Assembly (NCBI GenBank): GCA_050998755.1
Contig: JBPCPW010000085.1
Coordinates: 19,672 to 83,671, forward strand
Length of the DNA: 64,000 nucleotides
Direction of reading: 5' to 3'
From: Candidatus Dormibacteria bacterium
GTDB taxonomy: Bacteria; Chloroflexota; Dormibacteria; DASZGP01
The position numbers were made by a program, and so were the translations under genes. The notes under the pieces are model-generated. The model had not been told where the DNA came from. It did not search any database and saw only the letters and a program-made list of their open reading frames with translations. Shown here piece after piece: positions 39,346 through 48,339 of the stretch; position 1 is the first letter of the stretch, and the number at the start of each line of letters is the position of its first letter.

Positions 39346-40647
39346 ATGCGCGCCCTCGTTGCCGCCGTCGCCGCGCTTCTCTCCGGGCCCGTGTTCGCCG
39401 CGCCGGCGGCCGCCGCGGTGCCGGGAACGGGGTGCAGCGTGTTCCCGGCCAACAACGTGTGGAACACCGACATCTCGACCCTTCCCGTGAGCGCCAACAG
39501 CGCCGCCTGGATGGCTGCCACCGACGCAACCGCCGGTCGAAACCTGCACCCGGACTTCGGACCGTCGGACGACCCGAACGCTCCCTACGGGATCCCGTTC
39601 AACGTGGTCGACAGCTCGCACCAGAAGGTCAGTGTCACGTTCCAGTACGCCAGCGAGAGCGACCGCGGGCCCTATCCGCTGGGACCGGACACCCAGATCG
39701 AAGGCGGGGCCGCCGCCAGCGGCGACCGGCATGCCCTGATGGTCGATCGCGGCAGCTGCACCCTTTATGAGCTGTACGACGCCCACTACCAGGCGGGCGG
39801 TTCGACCGCCGGCTCGGGCGCGGTGTTCAATCTCAACGGCAACGGGCTCCGGCCCGCCGGCTGGACCTCCGCTGATGCTGCCGGCCTGCCGATCTTCCCG
39901 GGGCTGCTGCGCCTCGACGAGGTCAACAGTGGGGCGGTCAACCACGCGATCCGCTTCACGGTGCAGCGCTCGGCAGCGGCATACATCTGGCCCGCGCGCC
40001 ACCAGGCCGGCTCTGGGTCGGCGGCCGTGAACCCGCCGATGGGGGCGCGGTTCCGGATGAAGGCCGGCGTGAGCCTGGCCGGGTTCAGCCCCAGGGCCCA
40101 GGTGATCATGCGGGCGTTCCAGCACTACGGCGTCATCGCAGCCGATAACGGCTCCAACTGGTACTTCCAGGGCGACGCCAACAACGCCTGGCCCGACAGC
40201 CTCCTGAGTGAGCTTAAGGGTATCCCCGCCGCGGATTTCGAGGCCGTCGATGAGTCCTCGGTGATGCTCGATCCCAACTCCGCGCAGGCGCGCCAGTCCG
40301 GAAGCGGGGCCGGCTTGCCGGTCATACCCCCCGCCCCGCCCCCGCCACCCCAGGTCGCACCGCCCGCCGCAGCAGCGGCCACCCAGCCCGCCACGGTCGC
40401 CGGTCAAGCCTCCAGTGACCCGGCGGCCCCCGCCGCCGACCAGGGGGCGGCGGTATCACCCGGCGCCTCGGCTGGCCTCGCGGCGCCGCAGATCGCCCAT
40501 CGCCGTGCACCCGCCACGGTGGCCGCTGCTGCGCTGGCGCCCGCCACGCCGGCCTGGCGATCCCCCCTCGCGATCGCGCTGGGCTGCGCCCTGCTGGCTG
40601 GGCTTCTCGCACTGTTCCTCGGACGGGGTCACTTGACACCGCCATAG
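39346..40647 (+). CDS. Secreted conserved hypothetical protein with Pro/Ala-rich stalk and C-terminal TM anchor
   Basis: GGAGGGG RBS and signal peptide MRALVAAVAALLSGPVFAAPAAA. The globular part contains NNVWNTDIS...DRHALMVDRGSCTLYELY...NHAIRFTV. C-terminus: PLAIALGCALLAGLLALFL. Confidence 0.7.
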   Translation: MRALVAAVAALLSGPVFAAPAAAAVPGTGCSVFPANNVWNTDISTLPVSANSAAWMAATDATAGRNLHPDFGPSDDPNAPYGIPFNVVDSSHQKVSVTFQYASESDRGPYPLGPDTQIEGGAAASGDRHALMVDRGSCTLYELYDAHYQAGGSTAGSGAVFNLNGNGLRPAGWTSADAAGLPIFPGLLRLDEVNSGAVNHAIRFTVQRSAAAYIWPARHQAGSGSAAVNPPMGARFRMKAGVSLAGFSPRAQVIMRAFQHYGVIAADNGSNWYFQGDANNAWPDSLLSELKGIPAADFEAVDESSVMLDPNSAQARQSGSGAGLPVIPPAPPPPPQVAPPAAAAATQPATVAGQASSDPAAPAADQGAAVSPGASAGLAAPQIAHRRAPATVAAAALAPATPAWRSPLAIALGCALLAGLLALFLGRGHLTPP

Positions 40648-40663
40648 TGCTGTACGCTATAGT
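40633..40663 (+). promoter_or_regulatory. Candidate sigma-70-type promoter of padR-ABC operon (TTGACA - 19 nt - TATAGT)
   Basis: TTGACA at 40633-40638 and TATAGT at 40658-40663. The spacer is long (19 nt). The predicted transcript start would be only a few nt before the ATG, and no SD is present. Confidence 0.35.
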
Positions 40664-40677
40664 GCAAGTTGCACTAT
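40644..40677. promoter_or_regulatory. Candidate PadR operator: three ATAGTGC half-sites including a perfect 9-1-9 palindrome over the start codon
   Basis: One ATAGTGC is at 40644-40650. ATAGTGCAA-g-TTGCACTAT is at 40659-40677. The padR ATG is at 40676. Confidence 0.5.
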
Positions 40678-41362
40678 GGAGAAACGCACAAGCCAGCGGG
40701 ACATGGTCGCTCTGACCGCCCTCGCGCTGCTCAGCGAGCAGCCCAGCCATCCCTACGAGATCCAGCGCCAGATGCGCGGGCGGCACAAGAACTTCGCCGC
40801 TGGGAAGACCCGGGCCCTGTACCACGCCATTGATGAGCTGGTGCGCGAGGGACTGGTCGAGGCCATGGAGACCAGCCGCGACGGGCGACGGCCCGAGCGG
40901 ACCGTCTTCCGGATCACCGACCACGGTCAGGACGAGTTGATCGACTGGCTCACCGAGCTGCTGGAGCGACCAATTCCCGAACCCTCGGTGTTCAACATCG
41001 CAGTGGGGTTTCTGGCCTACCTCCCGCAGGATCGCGCCAGGGAAGCCCTCTACAGCCGCAGCGTCGCGCTCCGAGGCGAGATCGCCGGACTGAAGGAGGG
41101 GATGCGGGTTCTCCTGGAAGAGGGAAGGCTGCCGCGTCTTGTCGTGTTGGAGCTTGAGCACTCGATGGCCACGGGGACCGCGGAGCTGGCCTGGGTGAAC
41201 AGCGTGCTCGCCGAAATCGACGCCGGGACGCTGGGATGGAGCAGGGAATGGCTCCACGAACAGTTCGCCGATTACATCGCCGAGAGCCAGCATCGCCGAG
41301 GCCAGGACCCGCTCTACGCCGACGCATTGAATCCACAGACAAAGAGAGAGGAGACAGCATGA
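40676..41362 (+). CDS. PadR family transcriptional regulator
   Basis: LLSEQPSHPYEIQRQMR...ALYHAIDELVREGLVE is the PadR winged-helix pattern. Confidence 0.9.
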   Translation: MEKRTSQRDMVALTALALLSEQPSHPYEIQRQMRGRHKNFAAGKTRALYHAIDELVREGLVEAMETSRDGRRPERTVFRITDHGQDELIDWLTELLERPIPEPSVFNIAVGFLAYLPQDRAREALYSRSVALRGEIAGLKEGMRVLLEEGRLPRLVVLELEHSMATGTAELAWVNSVLAEIDAGTLGWSREWLHEQFADYIAESQHRRGQDPLYADALNPQTKREETA

Positions 41363-42309
41363 TCGAGACGCGCGGCCTCAGCCGCACATTCAAATCCCGC
41401 AAGTCCGTGGTCGAGGCCGTCAAGGGCGTCGACCTCAAGGTTGAGAAGGGCGAGATCTTCGGCTTCCTCGGCCCCAACGGCGCAGGTAAGACGACGACCC
41501 TGCGCATGCTCTCGACCCTGCTTCCGCCATCGGGGGGCGAGGCCACCGTGGCCGGCGCCGACCTCCGCAAGGAGCCGGGCAGGGTGCGCGAGCGCATCGG
41601 TTACGTCAGCCAGGCCGGCAGCAGTTTCCCCGACGTCTCCGGCCGCACCGAACTGGTGCTGCAGGGCCGCCTCTACGGCATGAACTCCAGGGACGCCAAC
41701 GCGCGCGCCCAGGAGCTGCTGGAGACCCTCGACCTGACCGACGCCGGGGACCGCCGCACCAAGACCTACTCAGGGGGGCAGAAGCGCCGCCTGGACATCG
41801 GCATCGGGCTGATGCACAAGCCGTCGTTGCTCTTCCTCGACGAGCCCACCACGGGCCTCGACCCGCAGAGCCGGGCCCACATGTGGGACGAGGTGCGCAA
41901 GCTCAGCGACACCGGCACCACGGTCTTCCTCACCACCCACTACCTCGAGGAGGCCGACGCGCTCTGTGACCGCCTGGCGATCATCGACCAGGGCACGATC
42001 GTCGCCGAGGGGACACCCGATGCGCTCAAGCGGCAGGTCGCCGGTGACGTCGTCACGCTGGGCGTCAACGGTGCCCACGACCAGGCGCTGGAGCTGTTGC
42101 GCACGCAGACATTCGTGCGCGAGGCCAACCTCGACGAGGGAAGCCTGGTGCGTCTTTACGTGGAGCGCGGCGACACCGCGATGCCCGCCATCCTGCGCTT
42201 GCTCGACGGTGCCGGGATCGAGATGGCCAGCCTAGCCATGTCGCGACCAAGCCTTGACGACGTTTTCCTGCGCCAGACCGGACGTTCGCTGCGCGAGACC
42301 GCGGCCTAA
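41359..42309 (+). CDS. ABC transporter ATP-binding protein (DrrA/ABC-2 type exporter)
   Basis: Walker A GPNGAGKTT, signature YSGGQKRRL and Walker B LLFLDEPTTGLD. The ATG overlaps the padR stop (ATGA) with GAGAGGAG upstream. Confidence 0.95.
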   Translation: MIETRGLSRTFKSRKSVVEAVKGVDLKVEKGEIFGFLGPNGAGKTTTLRMLSTLLPPSGGEATVAGADLRKEPGRVRERIGYVSQAGSSFPDVSGRTELVLQGRLYGMNSRDANARAQELLETLDLTDAGDRRTKTYSGGQKRRLDIGIGLMHKPSLLFLDEPTTGLDPQSRAHMWDEVRKLSDTGTTVFLTTHYLEEADALCDRLAIIDQGTIVAEGTPDALKRQVAGDVVTLGVNGAHDQALELLRTQTFVREANLDEGSLVRLYVERGDTAMPAILRLLDGAGIEMASLAMSRPSLDDVFLRQTGRSLRETAA

Positions 42310-42323
42310 GAGAGAGGAGAGAG

Positions 42324-43085
42324 ATGAAATTTGCTCGCGACACATGGCTGGTGTTCCAGCGCTACATCGGGATCTTCCTGAGTAACCCGGCCTGGGTGAT
42401 CATCGGGTTGATCCAGCCCATCCTGTACCTGGTGCTCTTCGCGCCGCTGCTCAAGAGCATCTCCGCGACCCAGGGGTTCCCACCCGGGGGCGCCTACAAC
42501 GTCTTTGTCCCCGGCCTGTTGATCCAGCTGGGTCTGTTCGGCGCCAGCGGGGTCGGATTCGGGCTCATTGCCGAGCTTCGTGCCGGGGTCATCGAGCGGT
42601 TCCGGGTCACGCCCGTGAGCCGTTTCGCACTGCTCATGGGTCGCGCTCTCCGCGACATCCTGGTGCTTGTTGCGCAGTCGCTCATACTGCTGCTGCTCTC
42701 GATTCCCTTCGGCCTCAAACCCACCCTCTTCGGGGTCGTCGTCATGCTCGGCCTGGTCGCCCTGATCGGGCTTGGGATGTCGTCCCTCTGTTACGCCGCC
42801 GCGCTCGCGCTGCGCAGTGAGGACTCGTACGCTCCGCTGATCTTCACCCTCAGCCTTCCCCTGCTGCTGCTGTCCGGGGTGCTGCTGCCCCTGACGCTGG
42901 CGCCGAAGTGGCTCCAGAACGTGGCCGCCGGCAACCCCCTCTCATACGCGGTGACGGCCGCGCGCGACCTCTTCAACGGCAACTCCGGCAGCCCCGACGT
43001 TCTCAAAGGACTGGCGATCATGGTCGCGCTTTGCATCGTTGGGGTGGTCATCGGTGCGAGGTCGTTCAACCGGGCGGTCGCCTAG
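42324..43085 (+). CDS. ABC-2 type transporter permease
   Basis: It has six hydrophobic helices and follows the ATPase by 14 nt. Confidence 0.88.
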   Translation: MKFARDTWLVFQRYIGIFLSNPAWVIIGLIQPILYLVLFAPLLKSISATQGFPPGGAYNVFVPGLLIQLGLFGASGVGFGLIAELRAGVIERFRVTPVSRFALLMGRALRDILVLVAQSLILLLLSIPFGLKPTLFGVVVMLGLVALIGLGMSSLCYAAALALRSEDSYAPLIFTLSLPLLLLSGVLLPLTLAPKWLQNVAAGNPLSYAVTAARDLFNGNSGSPDVLKGLAIMVALCIVGVVIGARSFNRAVA

Positions 43086-43094
43086 ACAAGGAGT

Positions 43095-43126
43095 CGGCTG
43101 GGCGGCCCCTGATGCCCGCCCAGCCG
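43095..43126. terminator. Perfect 11-bp stem / 10-nt loop hairpin between convergent genes (candidate bidirectional terminator)
   Basis: CGGCTGGGCGG-cccctgatgc-CCGCCCAGCCG, with no U-tract. Confidence 0.5.
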
Positions 43127-43127
43127 C

Positions 43128-43658
43128 TCAATCCAGCGTGAGTCGGTAACGCACCCGCGCCACGCTCGTCGCGCCCCAGCAGTCCGCGGCGCTGGCGCCG
43201 TCGGTCACCCACCCGCCCCGCTCGTAGAACCGGCGGCCGCGCTCGTTCTGCTCCAGGACCCAGAGCACCACCTCGGTGAATCCCTCGGACCGCAGGTGGT
43301 CGAGGGCTGCGGTCATCAGGAGCTGTCCGATCCCCTGGCCGTAATGAGCGGCGCCCATATATATGGTGTGGAGTTCCGCGACCGAGGTGGGCAGGTTCTC
43401 CGAGGGGTCCGGCCGCCCAACGCTGGCGAAGCCGATCACCCGGCCCCCCTCCTCGGCCACCAACGCCATGGTGTCGCCGGCGAAGAAATGCGCCCGCCAC
43501 GATTCGACCCACTGGGCCATCGGGATGTCCTCCAGGAAAGCCTCATCGACGATGCCGCGGTACGCGCTCCGCCAGCTCGCGGCCTGCACCGCGACGATCG
43601 TCGGGACGTCGGCCAGCCCCGCCGCGCGCAGCGCCACCCCGGTTGATGCCCCGGTCAT
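43128..43658 (-). CDS. GNAT family N-acetyltransferase
   Basis: HYGQGIGQLLMTAALDHLRSEGF motif A. Confidence 0.9.
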   Translation of the reverse strand: MTGASTGVALRAAGLADVPTIVAVQAASWRSAYRGIVDEAFLEDIPMAQWVESWRAHFFAGDTMALVAEEGGRVIGFASVGRPDPSENLPTSVAELHTIYMGAAHYGQGIGQLLMTAALDHLRSEGFTEVVLWVLEQNERGRRFYERGGWVTDGASAADCWGATSVARVRYRLTLD

Positions 43659-43693
43659 TGTTCGAGCATAGGCCCACCTAGAATCAATTCCTC

Positions 43694-44296
43694 GTGAGCT
43701 TCATGTTCCGCAAGACGCCTGATCCGCGGGTTGTCCAGAACCCGGAGCGGCTACCCGCCGGGCAGGTACTCACCGAAAAGTGGCCGGTGCTCCACTACGG
43801 CGACATTCCGCGTTACGACATGGCCCGCTGGCGCCTCCGCGTGCACGGCCTGGTGGCCAACGAGACGGTCCTGACCCTCGACGAGGTCAAGGCACTTCCC
43901 ACCAAGATCGTGCACTGCGACATCCACTGCGTGACCACGTGGTCCAGGCTGGACAACGACTTCAACGGGGTCGCGTTCAGCGAGGTGGTGAAGCTGGTTC
44001 AGCCCTCGACCGATGCCCACTTCGTGATCTTCCATTGCAACGCCGGCTTCACCACCAGCCTGCCGCTTGAGGCGCTGATGGACGAAGACGTCCTGCTGAC
44101 CTGGGCCCACGACGGCGAGGACCTGGCCCCCGAGCATGGCTTCCCGTTGCGGGCGCTGGTGCCCAAGCGCTACTTCTGGAAGAGCGCCAAGTGGATCGAG
44201 TCGATCGAGTTCGTCGAAAAGGACCAGCTGGGGTTCTGGGAGCGCGCCGGTTACAACAACTCGGCCGACCCATGGCGAGAGGAGCGCTACTGGTAA
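43694..44296 (+). CDS. Sulfite-oxidase-like molybdopterin-binding oxidoreductase (small, single domain)
   Basis: WRLRVHGLV...LTLDEVKALP...HCVTTWS...FPLRALVPKRYFWKSAKWI fits the molybdopterin oxidoreductase domain. The start is GTG 43694 or ATG 43703. Confidence 0.8.
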   Translation: MSFMFRKTPDPRVVQNPERLPAGQVLTEKWPVLHYGDIPRYDMARWRLRVHGLVANETVLTLDEVKALPTKIVHCDIHCVTTWSRLDNDFNGVAFSEVVKLVQPSTDAHFVIFHCNAGFTTSLPLEALMDEDVLLTWAHDGEDLAPEHGFPLRALVPKRYFWKSAKWIESIEFVEKDQLGFWERAGYNNSADPWREERYW

Positions 44297-44850
44297 AGGA
44301 CTGACCCCGGCATCCCGTGCCACTCGTCGCGCAGCAGGCTGTAGAGGTAGAAGTCGCGGCGCCCCTCGGGCATCCTGGCGAAGGCCCGCATGGTCCCCTC
44401 GCGCTGGAAGCCGAGGCTCTCCATGAGGTGGAAGCTGCGCTCGTTTTCAACGTCGCAATCCGCCTCCACCCGCTGCATCCGCCCCGGCATGAAGGCCAGG
44501 TCCAGAACCAGCGCCACACCGCGCCGTGCAATCCCTTTCCCCTGCGCCCAGGGGGCAATTGAGAACCCCACGCTCGCCGACTTGGCATACCAGTCAACGT
44601 GGCGCAAGGACACCCAGCCCGCGGCGTTGCCGTCGGCCTCGATGATCCAGGTCACCCCGCGCCCTCGCTGCCCCTCGAGCGAGAAACCGCTCTGGCGGCG
44701 GAGGTTGCGGCGCAGCTGTGAGGCCGGCACCCCGGGGAAGAGCGGTTGGTAGCGCCGCACCTCGGGGATATTCCGCCACGCGGCCATCAACGGCGCGTCG
44801 CTCTCGCGGGCCCGCCGGATGGTCACCTCGACCTCTTCACCCATCGGCAC
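44287..44850 (-). CDS. GNAT family N-acetyltransferase (RimJ/RimL-like)
   Basis: AAWRNIPEVRRY and APWAQGKGIARRGVALVLD. Confidence 0.9.
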   Translation of the reverse strand: MPMGEEVEVTIRRARESDAPLMAAWRNIPEVRRYQPLFPGVPASQLRRNLRRQSGFSLEGQRGRGVTWIIEADGNAAGWVSLRHVDWYAKSASVGFSIAPWAQGKGIARRGVALVLDLAFMPGRMQRVEADCDVENERSFHLMESLGFQREGTMRAFARMPEGRRDFYLYSLLRDEWHGMPGSVLYQ

Positions 44851-44877
44851 CTATTGTGCGTTGCGCTAACGTCTCGT

Positions 44878-45993
44878 ATGGCCCTCCGTAAGCCGCCCAA
44901 AGGCCGCGCCCAACTGCTCAGCGGTTTGGTGCTGACGGCCGGCGCCCTGGTCGCACGCGAGCTTTCGAAGCCCCGGCCCGATGAGCGGGCCCGTCTGATC
45001 GACTGGGACGTCGTCCGCCGCCGGGCGATAGGACGGTCCGGCGAGACCGGCCACCCCAAAATCGCCTTCAACGCGACGGAGCTCGGCCACCGGTACGATG
45101 CCGCCCTCGCCGAACTGCGGCCCTGGATGTCCGAGGCACTCGGCGAGGACCTCCCCAGGACGCCCTTCCCGACCTTCACCGTGCTCGACCGGCGGGGCTG
45201 GATCGATGTCAACCTGGGCCTCTTCCAGGACCTCCTCGAGCCGGTTCTCAAGGTGCAGGAGATGCTCCCGGCCAGCTACGCCACCGACCTGGGGAGGCGC
45301 GGCGTCAGCGAGTACATGGGTGTTCTCCTGGGGTTCCTCTCCAAGCGCGTGCTGGGGCAGTACGACCCGGTGTTGATGGCCGCACCGGGCGTCGCCAAAC
45401 CCACCGCCCTCTACCTGGTCGAGCCGAACATCGAGAACTGGGAGAAGAAGACCGACCTGCCATCCGAGCAGGTGCGGCAGTGGTTGGTGCTGCATGAGGT
45501 CACCCACGCGTGGGAATTCGAGGGGCACCCGTGGCTGCGCGAGCACATGAACGACATGATTCGCGAACTGATCGCGCACCGGCTGCTGTCGGCCGAGCGT
45601 CCGGGAAAATTCGAGGTGCTGCGCGCCATGACGGTCGGCGCTCGGGAGCAATGGCAGGCGATGCAGCAGGTGCAGGCAACGATGTCCCTGCTCGAGGGTT
45701 TCAGCAACGTGATGATGCGACGCGTCGGCCGCGCCCACCTGCCGAATTTCGACCAGGTCGACGCGGAGTTCAACCAGCGCTCCGCCAACCGCAGCGCCGC
45801 GGAGCGGGCGTTCTTCAAGATCACGGGGATGGACATGAAGCTGCAGCAGTACGTCCAGGGTGAGGCGTTCTGCGACGCGGTGATGAAGCAGGGCGGGATG
45901 AAGCGGCTCTCCGCGGTGTGGGAATCAGCGGGGAACCTGCCCACGCTGGCCGAGGTCCGCGACCCGAAGCTCTGGCTGAAGCGCGTTTCGTAG
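44878..45993 (+). CDS. Zinc-dependent metalloprotease (zincin, DUF2342-like)
   Basis: HEVTH (HExxH) sits within LVLHEVTHAWEFEGHPWLREH. ATG 44878 was chosen because the longer ORF overlaps the divergent GNAT gene. Confidence 0.78.
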   Translation: MALRKPPKGRAQLLSGLVLTAGALVARELSKPRPDERARLIDWDVVRRRAIGRSGETGHPKIAFNATELGHRYDAALAELRPWMSEALGEDLPRTPFPTFTVLDRRGWIDVNLGLFQDLLEPVLKVQEMLPASYATDLGRRGVSEYMGVLLGFLSKRVLGQYDPVLMAAPGVAKPTALYLVEPNIENWEKKTDLPSEQVRQWLVLHEVTHAWEFEGHPWLREHMNDMIRELIAHRLLSAERPGKFEVLRAMTVGAREQWQAMQQVQATMSLLEGFSNVMMRRVGRAHLPNFDQVDAEFNQRSANRSAAERAFFKITGMDMKLQQYVQGEAFCDAVMKQGGMKRLSAVWESAGNLPTLAEVRDPKLWLKRVS

Positions 45994-46022
45994 CCACAGT
46001 GATGGCGCCGGACCGCCGCCGA

Positions 46023-46052
46023 TTGTGACAGTTCGGTGACAGGTGATACGAT
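46023..46052 (+). promoter_or_regulatory. Candidate promoter (TTGTGA - 18 nt - TACGAT) for the 46074 gene
   Basis: Hexamers were read directly. GGAGGGA RBS lies 5 nt before GTG 46074. Confidence 0.3.
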
Positions 46053-46073
46053 GCGCATCCCGGAGGGAATGCC

Positions 46074-46409
46074 GTGAAGCAGGTCACAGACCAGGAGTTC
46101 TACTCACCGCTCGACGAGAACGACCGGCGGGCGGGCCTACGACGGCTCGACGACCTGTTGCTGGCTCTGGAGGAGCTCAACATGCGCGAGGCCGGGTCGA
46201 TGACCCCGGCGCTGCGGGACAAGCTCCTTCATGAAGGTATCCCGGTGCGCGAGGACAGCACCGTCACCGACCTGATCGACATCGTACTGAGCAGCCAGGA
46301 GCAATTCATGCTCAAGGAGCGCCGCACGGGTCGTCGCCGGCGCCGTCTGACCTTCATTCCCACCGAAGAGGAGCTGGTGTCGGTGATTTCGCGGCGCTAC
46401 TCGGGCTGA
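46074..46409 (+). CDS. Hypothetical protein (111 aa)
   Basis: GTG start with GGAGGGA RBS. No motif recognised. There is an Arg cluster RRTGRRRRR near the C-terminus. Confidence 0.5.
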   Translation: MKQVTDQEFYSPLDENDRRAGLRRLDDLLLALEELNMREAGSMTPALRDKLLHEGIPVREDSTVTDLIDIVLSSQEQFMLKERRTGRRRRRLTFIPTEEELVSVISRRYSG

Positions 46410-46482
46410 CCGCGCCCCACCTTCGCCAAGGTGATACCATCGATATCACTAATTCTGGGGCTTTGGACCTGAGGAGGTTGCG

Positions 46483-46905
46483 ATGAAGCGGATGTTGATG
46501 GGCGTTGCCGTTGGAGCGGGTGCGATGTACTTGCTGGACCCTGACCACGGTGCCGAACGGCGCGGCAAGCTGCTTGGTTTCTACAGCGAGAACAAGGACA
46601 CCATGCAGGACTACGCACAGACGGCGACCCAGGCCGCGGTCACGGTGAGCCACACGGCGGCGAGCGCCGCCAGCACCGTCGCCGATAAGGCCGGCGAGAT
46701 GGTCGGCAAGAGCGACGACAATAAGACCGACGACGCCAAAACCGACGCCGCGGCACCCAAGAGCAGCAACGGGAAGGGGTCGACCGAGAACGTCGACAGC
46801 CTGTTGGAGACCCGCGACGCCTCCCGCAGGTCGAACGCGAGCACGCTCACAGACCCGGCCCCCGGAGAAACCTCCCCGGGCCTGGGCGGCTCCCTCAGCA
46901 GCTAG
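46483..46905 (+). CDS. YtxH-like membrane-associated stress protein
   Basis: GAGGAGG RBS. The N-terminus GVAVGAGAMYLLDPDHGAERRGKL fits the YtxH pattern. The tail is low-complexity and charged. Confidence 0.55.
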   Translation: MKRMLMGVAVGAGAMYLLDPDHGAERRGKLLGFYSENKDTMQDYAQTATQAAVTVSHTAASAASTVADKAGEMVGKSDDNKTDDAKTDAAAPKSSNGKGSTENVDSLLETRDASRRSNASTLTDPAPGETSPGLGGSLSS

Positions 46906-46964
46906 AGCATCCAGGGGCCAGGGAGGGCGTCCATCGGGCGCCCTCCTTGTGTTTAATCTCGACG

Positions 46965-48326
46965 GTGTTCAAGCGCATCCTGGTCGCCAACCGCGGGGAG
47001 ATCGCCTCCCGGTTGATTCGGGCCGCCCACGACGCCGGGGCCGAAGCGGTGGCCGTCTACTCCGAGGCTGACGAGAACGCGCCGTTTGTTGGCCAGGCCG
47101 ACCTGGCTATCTCGATCGGGCCGTCGCCGGCCGCCGAAAGCTATCTCAATGCCGAGAAGATCCTCGCCGCGGCACGGCAGTCAGAGGCCGAGGCCATCCA
47201 CCCGGGCTACGGGTTTCTCTCTGAAAACCCCGGGTTTGCCGAGGCCTGCGCGAAGCAGGGGGTGACCTGGGTGGGACCGCCCCCCGCGGCGATGCGTGCG
47301 ATGGCCGACAAGGTTGACGCCCGCAACATCGTCTCCGCGGCGGGCGTCCCGGTGGTCCCCGGCAGCGATGGCCCGGTCACCGTGGAAGGCGCGGCGGCCG
47401 AGGCGGAGCGGATCGGGTTCCCCTTGATGGTCAAGGCCTCCAAGGGCGGCGGCGGCATCGGCATGACAGTTGTCAGATCCGCCGCCGAGCTGGAATCGGC
47501 GATGGGGACCGCGAGGGCGCGAGCGGGCGCCGCGTTCGGCGACGCCTCGGTGTTCCTTGAGCGCTACGTCGAGAACCCGCGCCACGTTGAGGTACAGGTC
47601 CTGGGCGAGGCCGACGGCCGCATCTATCACCTGTACGAGCGCGAATGCTCGGTGCAGCGGCGACACCAGAAGGTGATCGAGGAAACGCCGTCCACGGCCC
47701 TGACTCACGAGGCGCGCGAGGACCTCTGTGCCGCCGGCGCGCGCGCCGCGGAGGCAGTGGGCTACCGCAGCGCCGGAACGGTGGAGTTCATCCACGGGCG
47801 CAGCGGGGACTCAGAGCCCGGCTTCTACTTCCTGGAGATGAACACCCGGCTGCAGGTGGAGCACCCCATAACCGAGGAGACCCTCGGGGTGGACCTGGCG
47901 GTCGCCCAGCTGAGAATCGCGGCGGGCGAGGACTCCGGGATCGATGTGCTGCACCGCTCAGGGCACGCCATCGAGTTTCGGATCTACGCCGAGGACCCGG
48001 TGCGCTTCTTCCCGTCGCCCGGGGAGATCACTGTGTGGGATCCGCCATCAGGTCAGGGCATCCGAGTCGACGCCGGTGTCGCGGCGGGCTACCGTGTGAG
48101 CCACTTCTACGACCCACTGCTGGCCAAACTGATCGTTCACGCCGATGACCGTGAAATGGCGATCGAGCGCTCCATCGCTGCGCTGGAGGCCTTCCGGGTC
48201 GAGGGCGTGAAGAACAATCTCTCGACCCACCTCGAGGTGCTGCGCTCCGACGAATTTCGCTCCGGGGTCTACGACACCGGTCTGCTCGAGGTGCTTGCCA
48301 GGCGACGCAAGGCCGCCACCGGCTGA
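46965..48326 (+). CDS. accC: Biotin carboxylase subunit of an acyl-CoA carboxylase (no fused BCCP domain)
   Basis: FKRILVANRGEIASRLIRAA, the ATP-grasp motif GGGGIGM and EMNTRLQVEHP. The likely start is GTG 46965 (ORF track 46947). Confidence 0.95.
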   Translation: MFKRILVANRGEIASRLIRAAHDAGAEAVAVYSEADENAPFVGQADLAISIGPSPAAESYLNAEKILAAARQSEAEAIHPGYGFLSENPGFAEACAKQGVTWVGPPPAAMRAMADKVDARNIVSAAGVPVVPGSDGPVTVEGAAAEAERIGFPLMVKASKGGGGIGMTVVRSAAELESAMGTARARAGAAFGDASVFLERYVENPRHVEVQVLGEADGRIYHLYERECSVQRRHQKVIEETPSTALTHEAREDLCAAGARAAEAVGYRSAGTVEFIHGRSGDSEPGFYFLEMNTRLQVEHPITEETLGVDLAVAQLRIAAGEDSGIDVLHRSGHAIEFRIYAEDPVRFFPSPGEITVWDPPSGQGIRVDAGVAAGYRVSHFYDPLLAKLIVHADDREMAIERSIAALEAFRVEGVKNNLSTHLEVLRSDEFRSGVYDTGLLEVLARRRKAATG

Positions 48327-48339
48327 CTAGCATTCGGCC

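Noticed and set aside
39268-40407. 379-aa minus-strand ORF
   Set aside because: It is antisense to the secreted protein gene, which has an RBS, a signal peptide and a C-terminal anchor. The antisense product is Gly/Arg-rich with no motif.
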